Below, in pieces: positions 17,922 to 26,568 of a stretch of 64,000 bases of DNA. Positions within the stretch are counted from its first letter, which is position 1. Each line of letters begins with the position of its first letter. The DNA lies in contig JBBSXN010000003.1 of the NCBI GenBank assembly GCA_038045765.1, positions 94,356-158,355 on the forward strand, read 5' to 3'. The notes beneath the pieces were generated by a model. The model had not been told where the DNA came from, searched no databases, and saw only the letters and a list, made by a program, of their open reading frames with translations. Source of the DNA: Nanobdellota archaeon (GTDB lineage: Archaea; Nanobdellota; Nanobdellia; Pacearchaeales; GW2011-AR1). A program made the translations under genes and the position numbers.

Positions 17922-20567
17922 TTAGTCTAAAGCATTAATTAGCTCATCTTTAAATTCATTTTCTTTACTTTCATTATAGAATGGAAGACCAATTAATTTA
18001 TATTTTCTCGTTTCTATAAACTTAACACTCTTAGAAGACTTATATTTTTCCTTTATTTCTTTCATAAAGTCTTCCTTCCATCCCTCTTTGCCAGTCTTAA
18101 ACGTTCCATCAGCACCTAAGAATTGAGAACCTTTTGGTTCAATGAATATTTGATAAGTTAGGCTCTCTCCAGATTTATTTTTCATAAAAAGAACAAAATC
18201 GGGGGAACAAGCTTGACCATCTTTAAAGTTATAAATTTTAAAATGTAATTCATTTCTAATAAGATAAATATCTTTGTATTTATCTTTAAAGTTCTCTTCA
18301 ATTAATCTATTTATTAAATTAATACAAGCCTTTTCTTCGCTAGTTCCAAAATTAGCATTGAAAACATACCACTCTTTATTCTTTAGAAAGTCTTCCTGAC
18401 CATCAGCCCTTTCAGATCCACTCTCTAGTTTGATTGTTTTATCATGGAATATATCTACTATTCTATTTGGAGTGAAGTCGGTTGAACCTTTATAATCTAT
18501 AAAATTACCCTTTAGTTTATCTTCTATTTCATCAAGAACTTTAATTACTGCATAGTATTTATCTTTATTAGTTAGATTAGATATATCTTCCTTTGTAGCC
18601 CAAAAAGTTATCTTTATGTCTGCAAGATACTCTTTCTTACTAATGAAGTCTCGAATAGAATCAATATTTTTGCAGAATCTTCTAAGGTTATTGAATTTAT
18701 AAAATTCTTTTTTTGATAATGCAGAATAAACTATGTGATAGTCAATTTCTTTTATTGACAAAGTCTTTGGCTCTTTCTTTATATTTAAATTGTCATACAC
18801 CCCATCAGTCATTACTTGAGAAACGCTTCCTTTATACGAAAAGAGATCATATTTGAAATCTTTCTCTTTGACACCCAAGTCTTCAAATGATTTAACATAT
18901 GAATAATCATTCTCAATTTTAGAGTTCAAATATATCTTTCCATCTCTATAGAAGATGGTTTTTTTGAAATTCTCCTTTAATTTTAACTCTTTTTCAATTG
19001 TTTTATCATCAATTAAACCTTCATTGACTAACGCAGTTTTTAGCTCAGCTATATATCTAGATTCATTAAAACTATGGAAATGAAGTTCTTCTAATATTCT
19101 TAAATCATTCTCAAGATCTTCATCGAACTTTCGTTTGTAAACATCTAAGTCTATATTTGAAACCTTAAATGGATAGTATCTTGCTCCTCTACCTATTAAC
19201 TGTGCTTCTGAGATTGTTGATGGAGATACTCCTCCTTTTGTTCCTCCTCCTGCGGATTGCCCTTCATATACTCTTACGATGTCATATAAATTGAGAACAT
19301 CCCACCCTTCGTTTAATTTTTGAACTGCAAAAATAGCTCTAATCTTATTATCTTTATCTTCTAATGAATTAAGTGTCAATTGATAATCATCCATTTCTTT
19401 TTCGTCATTTACACTTAAACACTTATTTGGTTCAAAACTAGATCTTAATTTTTGAATTAATAGTTCGGTTGAAATCCCTCCTTTTTCATAGAAGCTGAAA
19501 GCTCTTTTTATCTCTTTTATATCAGTCTTCTTCTTTAGTTCTTCTATATCCTTTTTAGATAATTCATCAATTATTTTATGAAAAAGTTGTTTATTTTCCT
19601 TAGATTGTTCGATGGTTTTTTGAGCTTTAAATAAAATAATTGGTTTTAGATCAATACCATACTTGCTAGCAATATCTTGTCTATACTGATTTAGAATAAT
19701 TGCTAAAAGTATTCTTCCCTTTTTATCTGCATCAGACCTTAATATTTCAATATCTTTAGAATACTTATCTCCCCTAAATGATCTTAAATCATATTTATAT
19801 ATAACTTTATTAATATATTTTTGTTCAATAGATTTATTCATAAAATCCATTGTTGCTGTAAATTCTAACAAGATATTTTCTTTATTTTTACCAAATATAT
19901 TCAAGACGGTATTTTCCCAATTTGGCTTTTCAAATTCTCTTAAAAGTGTTTGTTGCTTAGTGTGAACCTGTCCATGATGGGCTTCATCAGAAATGAAAAC
20001 GATTTTATTTTCCTTAAAATCTTCAAAAGTTAATGAGTTTTCTTTTTCAGTATATAAATCAGAGTGTAATTTTTGAATAGTTGTAAAACATATATTTATA
20101 CCATCATTATTTGTCCCATCAAAATTATCAACTTTGTTTATTTTTATCTGCTTGTTATTAAATATTATCTTTTTATTAAATAAATATTTGCTTGAATCTT
20201 CCTTTGTGAAATTTTCTATTGTCTTTTTTATTATATTACTAGAATTTACAAAAAAAAGAAAGTTTCTATATCCCTTTTCGTATAAGTAAAGCATCAGTCC
20301 AGCCATGATTAACGTTTTACCACTACCCGTAGCCATGTTAAAGAGTAATTGTGTTGGGTTTTGTTTTTCGGGATTCTTCCCACTCATATAATAAAAAAAT
20401 CTAGTAAAAGCTTCTTTTTGATAAGGCCTTAATGGAAATTTTGGATTAAGATTCTCGCTTAACGTCTTTGGAATGTTTTTATACTCATCTAAAAAACCGA
20501 AACCAGAAAAATTATCAAATTTTTCATACAAGTAATTTTGTTTAACTGCTAGTGTTGTCTCTGACAT
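17922..20567 (-). CDS. res: type III restriction enzyme Res subunit (helicase-nuclease)
   Basis: NMATGSGKT (motif I), ISDEAHHG (DEAH), QLIGRGAR (motif VI), and the C-terminal nuclease CSPDFVLF..IFIEPKG. Confidence 0.85.
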   Translation of the reverse strand: MSETTLAVKQNYLYEKFDNFSGFGFLDEYKNIPKTLSENLNPKFPLRPYQKEAFTRFFYYMSGKNPEKQNPTQLLFNMATGSGKTLIMAGLMLYLYEKGYRNFLFFVNSSNIIKKTIENFTKEDSSKYLFNKKIIFNNKQIKINKVDNFDGTNNDGINICFTTIQKLHSDLYTEKENSLTFEDFKENKIVFISDEAHHGQVHTKQQTLLREFEKPNWENTVLNIFGKNKENILLEFTATMDFMNKSIEQKYINKVIYKYDLRSFRGDKYSKDIEILRSDADKKGRILLAIILNQYRQDIASKYGIDLKPIILFKAQKTIEQSKENKQLFHKIIDELSKKDIEELKKKTDIKEIKRAFSFYEKGGISTELLIQKLRSSFEPNKCLSVNDEKEMDDYQLTLNSLEDKDNKIRAIFAVQKLNEGWDVLNLYDIVRVYEGQSAGGGTKGGVSPSTISEAQLIGRGARYYPFKVSNIDLDVYKRKFDEDLENDLRILEELHFHSFNESRYIAELKTALVNEGLIDDKTIEKELKLKENFKKTIFYRDGKIYLNSKIENDYSYVKSFEDLGVKEKDFKYDLFSYKGSVSQVMTDGVYDNLNIKKEPKTLSIKEIDYHIVYSALSKKEFYKFNNLRRFCKNIDSIRDFISKKEYLADIKITFWATKEDISNLTNKDKYYAVIKVLDEIEDKLKGNFIDYKGSTDFTPNRIVDIFHDKTIKLESGSERADGQEDFLKNKEWYVFNANFGTSEEKACINLINRLIEENFKDKYKDIYLIRNELHFKIYNFKDGQACSPDFVLFMKNKSGESLTYQIFIEPKGSQFLGADGTFKTGKEGWKEDFMKEIKEKYKSSKSVKFIETRKYKLIGLPFYNESKENEFKDELINALD

Positions 20568-20569
20568 GG

Positions 20570-22519
20570 TTAATTATAAAACTTTTTATTTAATTCTTTA
20601 TCTTCTTTACTTATTTTAAACTCTGCATCTTCCATCTCTGATAAATTTACATATAATTGGTTTTTATTTAACATCTCACAAAGTAATTTCTTTTGGTTAG
20701 TCAATGATAATTTTTCAAATTCAGATTTATTATCATCAAATTTCTTAATATCTACATCATAATTTAAGAAATATTTACCACACATCTCATTCCATATTTT
20801 TAGCAATTGTTTTGTGTCTTTTGCATCTTGTATTCCTTCCATTGCTTCTTCGTTATGTTTCATTAGTTCACAATAGACAATATTAGAATGGGAAATACCT
20901 TGTTTTGAGTCTAATTCTATTACTTTGTTGAGTCTCTTAAGAATAACCTCTGCATGTGCATCCAATTGTTCAATTAAAATAAACTTTCTATTTCCTCCAT
21001 CTTCTTTGTTTAATTCTAAAGTAGCATGTCCAGTTGTACCACTTCCTGCAAAAAAATCTAAGATTATGTCTTCTTTATCAGCCATAATTTTTATTGTGTC
21101 TAAAACAGCATAAAGTGGCTTAGGATAACTAAATATTCTTTTTCCAAGTAGTTCTTCTAGCAATTTAGTACCATTATTAATCGCATTATATCTTGTGCCA
21201 ATCCAATGAGTTTTTATTACCTGGCCCTTTTCTTCCCTATATTTTTCATAAATTTGCACCTTTTTATTCTCATCTATTTGCGCTACTATTTCTCCATCAC
21301 CTATTTGTTTGGAAAGAGTTTCTTTGATGGTTTTCCAAGTTCTTTCTTGCCCTGAATTAGTTATTGGAAGAATTTCAGAGTAATCTTCTTTTTTTTCCAA
21401 AGTTATTTTTTTCAAATCTTTACTAACATATACTGGATAAAAAAAGTGAGTTTTATTTTTCCTAAGATTTTGATCCCCTCCACCTAACCTTATGTAATTA
21501 TTAAGTCTATATCTTCCAAGAGAATCATTTTTATTAAAAGATTCTTTTTTCTCTTCATCTAATATTACTCCTCTAAAATTAGCTAAATCTTTATTTTTAG
21601 AATAAACTAGCATAAAATCATTGGAAGTTCCAAAAAATTTTTCTTGATTTCTTCCCTCAGGTTTGTGAACTACTGATACTACCCCGATCCTATTTTCTCT
21701 TCTGAATATATCATCTGCCAATGCTCCTAAATAGAATAGTTCATAGTGATCAATGGCTATAGCAATAAATCCATCTTCTCGTAACAATTCTTTTGCAATC
21801 TCTAATCTATTCTTCATAAAAGTTAGCCATGTAGAGTGACTGAAAGTATTGTTATAAGTGAAAGTTTCAGTATTCCCTTGAGTGTTGTATGGTGGATCAA
21901 TATAAATTAGTTTAACTTTTCCAGCAAATTCCTTCTTCAAAGAATGTAGGGCGATAAGATTATTCCCTTTAATGATTAAATTATCATTTATTGTTCCGCT
22001 TTTATCGCGGTTAAAATCTTTAACTTTTTCTTCACCCTTAGAATTGTATTTTTTAAAATTGGTTAAAATTTTTGGATCTAATAGTCTATCAATCTCATCT
22101 TGAGCCAAAATCTCATTAAAGAATATTTCGTTTCTTTTTTCATCTTCTTTTGTCATTCCACCTTCCAATACACAATCTTTGAATGGCCAGACAAGAGAGA
22201 CTTCTTTTCTTTCATTTAAGAATTTTCCATCAATATTTAATCCAATCTTATTCTTGAATTTAGTATATGAATCGCTTAAAAAGTTCTTATCCTGAACATA
22301 GGAAACAAAGAGGTTTATCTCGAAAATCCAATGTCCTTTAATCTCTGAAAAAAATTTACTCTTTACTTCCTTATCTTCCAATAAAAGAGATATTAACTCC
22401 TTATCTATCTTATATGCACTATTTACAACTTCGTTCCGTATTAATTCTCCAGATTCTTCATCTACTAATCTTAAATCCTTCTTTAACAAAGATATGAGTT
22501 TTTGATTAAATTTGTCCAT
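20570..22519 (-). CDS. mod: type III (beta-class) DNA methyltransferase Mod subunit
   Basis: KLIYIDPPYNT (motif IV DPPY) precedes LDFFAGSGTTGHA (motif I FxGxG). This is the beta-class order typical of Mod/N6-N4 methyltransferases. Confidence 0.85.
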   Translation of the reverse strand: MDKFNQKLISLLKKDLRLVDEESGELIRNEVVNSAYKIDKELISLLLEDKEVKSKFFSEIKGHWIFEINLFVSYVQDKNFLSDSYTKFKNKIGLNIDGKFLNERKEVSLVWPFKDCVLEGGMTKEDEKRNEIFFNEILAQDEIDRLLDPKILTNFKKYNSKGEEKVKDFNRDKSGTINDNLIIKGNNLIALHSLKKEFAGKVKLIYIDPPYNTQGNTETFTYNNTFSHSTWLTFMKNRLEIAKELLREDGFIAIAIDHYELFYLGALADDIFRRENRIGVVSVVHKPEGRNQEKFFGTSNDFMLVYSKNKDLANFRGVILDEEKKESFNKNDSLGRYRLNNYIRLGGGDQNLRKNKTHFFYPVYVSKDLKKITLEKKEDYSEILPITNSGQERTWKTIKETLSKQIGDGEIVAQIDENKKVQIYEKYREEKGQVIKTHWIGTRYNAINNGTKLLEELLGKRIFSYPKPLYAVLDTIKIMADKEDIILDFFAGSGTTGHATLELNKEDGGNRKFILIEQLDAHAEVILKRLNKVIELDSKQGISHSNIVYCELMKHNEEAMEGIQDAKDTKQLLKIWNEMCGKYFLNYDVDIKKFDDNKSEFEKLSLTNQKKLLCEMLNKNQLYVNLSEMEDAEFKISKEDKELNKKFYN

Positions 22520-22556
22520 TTTGCCTGAGTATTATTAGGAATAACTAATTAAAAAC

Positions 22557-23513
22557 CTATCCAATAAAGTCATTCAAGTCTTTTGGTGGTGGCTCTCGCT
22601 TATATCTCCCAACTCCAAAAATCATATCATATTCTTCAGAACCCTCATAAATATACATGTATCTACCACCACAATCTTTACAGACTCTTTTTTCTTTTGT
22701 TATCTTAGGAATATCATAAAAGTCTCCGAAAGTAAATAATAATCTACGTCCAAAAGTCTTTTCAAAGAATTCTGCTTTTTGTTTATCGGTTAAATCAATA
22801 ATGCCCTTTGTAAGATATTTTAAAACATATCTTAATGCACCTTCACGACCCTTTACAGGCCTAATATCGACTATATAACTTCCCTTGGAGCATCTTTTCC
22901 AGACTTCAACAAGTTTTGTATCTTGACCTGTTTTATTATGAGATCTCATGTCTAAATAACGAGAGTCTATAATAAAGTGTGCATGAACATTCCATAAGCC
23001 ATCATTGCCTACTTTTACTTCAATACATCCCAAACCTCCATAAATATGCTCTTTTACATATTTATCTCTCTTAAAACGAGTGATGCTTTCAAAAAGTTCA
23101 TCTATGGCTTTAATCATATCGCTCTGATTAACTATGGTTAATGTAAGAAACTTTAAACCTCTTCCATTAAAATAGTGAGGAATAGGTTTTACCTTTATTA
23201 TTTCTATATACTTATCATAGAATTTATATGATCTAATTTTCCCACAAAATTCACAAACCCGATAGTTACATCTTTTCTTAACTTTGAGAATATTACAATT
23301 GCATATAAATATATGAAATCCTTTACCGCAATTTCTTAGTCTTATACTTTGAGTTTTTAATTCATCAGATAGATGCATACTTATTTGTATATTATCAAGT
23401 AAAGGGCGTTCTTCGAACGCCTGGGGAGGGGAGGTAGGAAAAACGCAATTTTCTCCTGCTAAAGCTGGAGGAGAAAATTGCTCTGACTCAGAGATGGCTG
23501 GGAGAGTATTCAT
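22557..23513 (-). CDS. rep: rolling-circle replication initiator, pC194/Rep_1-like HUH endonuclease
   Basis: FLTLTIVNQ (motif 1), NVHAHFII (HUH motif 2), ALRYVLKYLTKG (Tyr motif 3), and the zinc-ribbon-like CNCN..CNYRVCEFCGK. The true start may be Met46 (23378) because the first 45 codons are GC-rich and hold origin-like sequence. Confidence 0.75.
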   Translation of the reverse strand: MNTLPAISESEQFSPPALAGENCVFPTSPPQAFEERPLLDNIQISMHLSDELKTQSIRLRNCGKGFHIFICNCNILKVKKRCNYRVCEFCGKIRSYKFYDKYIEIIKVKPIPHYFNGRGLKFLTLTIVNQSDMIKAIDELFESITRFKRDKYVKEHIYGGLGCIEVKVGNDGLWNVHAHFIIDSRYLDMRSHNKTGQDTKLVEVWKRCSKGSYIVDIRPVKGREGALRYVLKYLTKGIIDLTDKQKAEFFEKTFGRRLLFTFGDFYDIPKITKEKRVCKDCGGRYMYIYEGSEEYDMIFGVGRYKREPPPKDLNDFIG

Positions 23514-23710
23514 TTATTACTCCTAGATAGCTTTTTCTCTATCTGTTCAAGTCTAAGCTCAATTCTTGTTAATCTAGAAATATTTCTAAGTTTCTGCCTA
23601 CATAGTTCATTAACAGAGAGATTATTATCAGAAGCTTCTTTTTTCAGAATATTATGAAGCTCAGTCTCAAGAACTAGATGAACATGAGAGTTTTTCTTTC
23701 CCATTAGCAC
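23510..23710 (-). CDS. CopG/ribbon-helix-helix-like protein
   Basis: HVHLVLETELHNILKKEASDNNLSVNELCRQKL has beta-strand-helix-helix spacing. Its stop overlaps the rep ATG (ATGA). The tracked start is GTG, with an ATG 6 nt downstream. Confidence 0.55.
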   Translation of the reverse strand: MLMGKKNSHVHLVLETELHNILKKEASDNNLSVNELCRQKLRNISRLTRIELRLEQIEKKLSRSNK

Positions 23711-23827
23711 CCCTTTTTAGATCGTCTACTTTCCTTTCTATTTCTCTAAGGTTTTCTAGGATTTGTTCGCTTATATCTTTCATAAATAGAAATAATTATA
23801 TTAACTTAAGATTTCCCCACACTAACT

Positions 23828-24700
23828 ATGGAAAGACATAAGAGTGACACATATAATAGAAAAGAAATATTAGAAAATCGTGAAGAGAGATATAAAAGAA
23901 TCTTAAGTCTTCTAGAGCCACAGCCAAAGTCAGATATAGAAAGGCCTTCTTCTAGAAAAGAGATATTAAGCAAATTAAAAGAAGAAGGGTTAGTAGGTAT
24001 ATCTGAAACAGCTTTAATTAAGGATTATTTGGATCATATGGTTGCTAAGAGACAAATTGGCTATATTGATAAGTCTTTTGAGAATGATAATTATAAATGG
24101 ATATTTGAATATGCTTATGGTAAGAAATGGAATAAAAAGAAAAACAGATATTACTTTCGTACTAACCTCTCTGAAAAATTGTTTAATGAGCTCTTTAGAA
24201 TGACTGAAGGCATCCAAGATAAAGAAATGATTTTAGAACTGATAGATGAAATAACTGCATCATTTAGAGTCATTGAAGTTAATTCTAAACTTACTGAAGC
24301 TAGATTACTAAATGAAAAAGTTGTAAAGATAACTTTTAGAGATAAAAAGTCTCTTTCAAATGAAGAGATTAAAAGAAAAATAGAACAAGCTAAAATATAT
24401 ATTGATAATTTTTCCAAAATCAAGCTTTTTACTAAAACTGGTTTAGATGGTATTCCTGGAGTAAAGAGGATAGATGAAAAAAGATTCACTATATTTGATA
24501 AAGAGGTTGATATTGAGAAACTAAATAAGTTTTTTGCAATACCTAGAGTTTATATGACTCCTATCATGTTTTGGACAGCCTATAGAGAGAACATAGTAAA
24601 GGATAAGGGGCAAATCACTAACCCTCACGCAAATAATATCGATGCCAAAATGATTTTGCTCTTTATTGAATTGGAAAAGGTATTATACAAAAATATATAA
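23828..24700 (+). CDS. hypothetical protein of the integrated element
   Basis: 290-aa ORF, the last gene before attR. No motif recognised. Confidence 0.5.
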   Translation: MERHKSDTYNRKEILENREERYKRILSLLEPQPKSDIERPSSRKEILSKLKEEGLVGISETALIKDYLDHMVAKRQIGYIDKSFENDNYKWIFEYAYGKKWNKKKNRYYFRTNLSEKLFNELFRMTEGIQDKEMILELIDEITASFRVIEVNSKLTEARLLNEKVVKITFRDKKSLSNEEIKRKIEQAKIYIDNFSKIKLFTKTGLDGIPGVKRIDEKRFTIFDKEVDIEKLNKFFAIPRVYMTPIMFWTAYRENIVKDKGQITNPHANNIDAKMILLFIELEKVLYKNI

Positions 24701-24772
24701 ACTCCTTAGATTATAGATAAACATAAGATCACAATGTTAATCCCTTAGGATTAGACATAAAGTAGTTCTGCT

Positions 24773-24786
24773 CGGTTGGGGCGTTT
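24773..24786 (+). repeat. attR core
   Basis: Identical CGGTTGGGGCGTTT copy. No tRNA body precedes it, so it is a displaced tRNA 3' end. Confidence 0.75.
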
Positions 24787-24807
24787 GTATAAATTTATAT
24801 AATATAA

Positions 24808-25374
24808 ATGTATATGACTCTAAAGATGGTGGGAGAAAATACTGTTGTTATTAATAAGCAAAAATATAGATTTTTACCTTATAGTGCAGAATACCCATCA
24901 ATGTTTTTGAAAGAGAGAAATAAAATAACAAAATCGCTTGGTAAGAATATTACCATAGAACATGTTGGTAGCACATCAATTCCAGGGTTGGGAGGTAAAG
25001 GAATAATTGATATTGCGATAAAAACTCCAAGAAAAAAGATTAATCAGTATATAAGAGGATTAGAGAAATTAGGGTATAGAACTGATCCAGAACACCTAAG
25101 AGATGGTAGAAGAATATATCTTAAAAAGATAGTAAGATATAGAGGAAAAGAAAGTAGAGTACATATTCACCTTACTCTTAATGATGGGTATTGGAATACT
25201 TATATTGTTTTTCGAGAGTATCTTAAAAAACATAGTAAAGAGCTCGAGAAGTATGCCCAAATAAAGAAAGAAGCTGTTAATTATGCAAAAGGTGAAGGTA
25301 AGAAGTATCGCGAGTATAAAGATAAGTTCTTGAATAATATGATGAAAAAGGCATTGAAAATGAAGTTAGATTAA
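24808..25374 (+). CDS. GrpB family protein
   Basis: IEHVGSTSIPGLGGKGIIDIAI and the later HIHL segment match the GrpB/UPF0157 nucleotidyltransferase-like family. Confidence 0.8.
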   Translation: MYMTLKMVGENTVVINKQKYRFLPYSAEYPSMFLKERNKITKSLGKNITIEHVGSTSIPGLGGKGIIDIAIKTPRKKINQYIRGLEKLGYRTDPEHLRDGRRIYLKKIVRYRGKESRVHIHLTLNDGYWNTYIVFREYLKKHSKELEKYAQIKKEAVNYAKGEGKKYREYKDKFLNNMMKKALKMKLD

Positions 25375-25435
25375 TTTTTAGAAAGAATTTATATATACTT
25401 TTAACTTAATTGATATATATTAAAGGGAGGTAAAA

Positions 25436-25630
25436 ATGGAAAAAAATATGAAGATTACAATGACTGCATGGACAATAGTTCTTATTGCCTCATTTGATGT
25501 AGGATTATCACAATGGTTTAGTCTTATAGGGCTTCTTACTAACGCAACCGCAATAATGCTTGTTAAGTATTTGGTTTTAATATCTGCTATCTATGCAACA
25601 TATAGTATGTGTACAATGAAGCATAAGTAA
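25436..25630 (+). CDS. small two-helix membrane protein (DUF378-like)
   Basis: 64 aa with two hydrophobic helices laid out like YuzA/DUF378. GGAGGT ribosome-binding site upstream. Confidence 0.4.
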   Translation: MEKNMKITMTAWTIVLIASFDVGLSQWFSLIGLLTNATAIMLVKYLVLISAIYATYSMCTMKHK

Positions 25631-25696
25631 ATTATAAAATTTATTATTTTTATTTTTTTAAGCAGGGTTTATATAGAAGTTATACCTCTAGTATTT

Positions 25697-26053
25697 ATGA
25701 GAAAGATTGTATTTATGTTGATTTCTTTTGTTTTTTTAGTTAGTTTGTTTTCATTAGTTATGGCTGAGAAGTCTGATAATGATTCAGCTAAGATGGAGAG
25801 GGCTGATAAAGTTGGAAAGAATATGACTTATGGCTCATGTGTTTCTGAAAATGCTAAAGTTAAGAATGAGTGCTATGTTGCTGTTAAGAATGCTAGGGCA
25901 TCTTGTTTGTTGAATGCAAGTGATTCTGATTTATGTCAACCTGCTTACAAGAAGGATTTGAAGCAATGTAAAACTGATTTCAAGGCTTCAAAGAAAGAAT
26001 GCAAGAAGATAAAGCATAACTTCTTTGAGACGGTAAGATATTCTGTTGCTTAA
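25697..26053 (+). CDS. secreted Cys-containing small protein
   Basis: Signal peptide MLISFVFLVSLFSLVMA. The mature part has 7 Cys and is Lys-rich. Confidence 0.5.
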   Translation: MRKIVFMLISFVFLVSLFSLVMAEKSDNDSAKMERADKVGKNMTYGSCVSENAKVKNECYVAVKNARASCLLNASDSDLCQPAYKKDLKQCKTDFKASKKECKKIKHNFFETVRYSVA

Positions 26054-26112
26054 CTATCTGACATATTTCTATTAAAGGCAGATTTAAATAACTTATTCTA
26101 TTTAATATTACA

Positions 26113-26244
26113 ATGGCTAAGAAAAAAGGTATTTGTATTCAATGTAAAAGAGAGGTAATTGGTGATATAAGATGTAAATCATGCAGGGCTAAAAGTAAGC
26201 ATGCTTCTCCAAATCAGCAAAGACTTCGGAGAAGAAGACAGTAA
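26113..26244 (+). CDS. 43-aa zinc-ribbon protein (below ORF-track cutoff)
   Basis: Hand-translated as MAKKKGICIQCKREVIGDIRCKSCRAKSKHASPNQQRLRRRRQ, with CxxC..CxxC and a basic tail. Confidence 0.4.
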   Translation: MAKKKGICIQCKREVIGDIRCKSCRAKSKHASPNQQRLRRRRQ

Positions 26245-26319
26245 TTTGATAATTGATAATTAATACATAAAATAAAAAAATAATTCTGTATTAAAAATTT
26301 AAGATTTAAATAGGAAAGT

Positions 26320-26514
26320 TTATGCTTTCTTAGTGATTTTAACTGCTTTAAGACCTTTGTCGCCTTTTTCCCCTTCAAATGCAACTTCGTCTCCTTCTGT
26401 AACTGTTAATCCAGTAGCTAAGCTAGTCATATGGAAATAATAGTCCTGTTTATCGTCACCAGCTATAAATCCAAATCCTTTCATTTTGTTGAAAAATTTT
26501 ATTTTGCCGTTCAT
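26320..26514 (-). CDS. cold-shock domain protein
   Basis: GKIKFFNKMKGFGFI (RNP1-like) and DYYFHMTS (RNP2-like). 64 aa. Confidence 0.9.
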   Translation of the reverse strand: MNGKIKFFNKMKGFGFIAGDDKQDYYFHMTSLATGLTVTEGDEVAFEGEKGDKGLKAVKITKKA

Positions 26515-26568
26515 GTTATACCTCCCTCAATCAAAAGGGAGGCAAATGAGGGCTTATAAATCGTTGCA

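Larger units (their letters stand above)
11697..24786. mobile_element. integrated plasmid-like element (about 13.1 kb) in tRNA-Asp
   Basis: The 14-bp exact direct repeat CGGTTGGGGCGTTT occurs at the tRNA 3' end (11697-11710) and again at 24773-24786. A tyrosine integrase lies immediately inside attL. A pC194-type Rep, a CopG-like protein and restriction-modification cargo lie inside. Confidence 0.8.

Noticed and set aside
23711-23827. 38-aa minus-strand ORF (MKDISEQILENLREIERKVDDLKRG...) upstream of the CopG-like gene.
   Set aside because: It is very short, overlaps the CopG-like start in another frame and has no ribosome-binding site that I could see. The region more likely holds promoters for the divergent genes.
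24703-24752. Near-repeat CCTTAGATTA / CCTTAGGATTA just inside attR as integrase arm-type sites.
   Set aside because: There are only two short AT-rich copies and no matching copy near attL. This is too weak to call.
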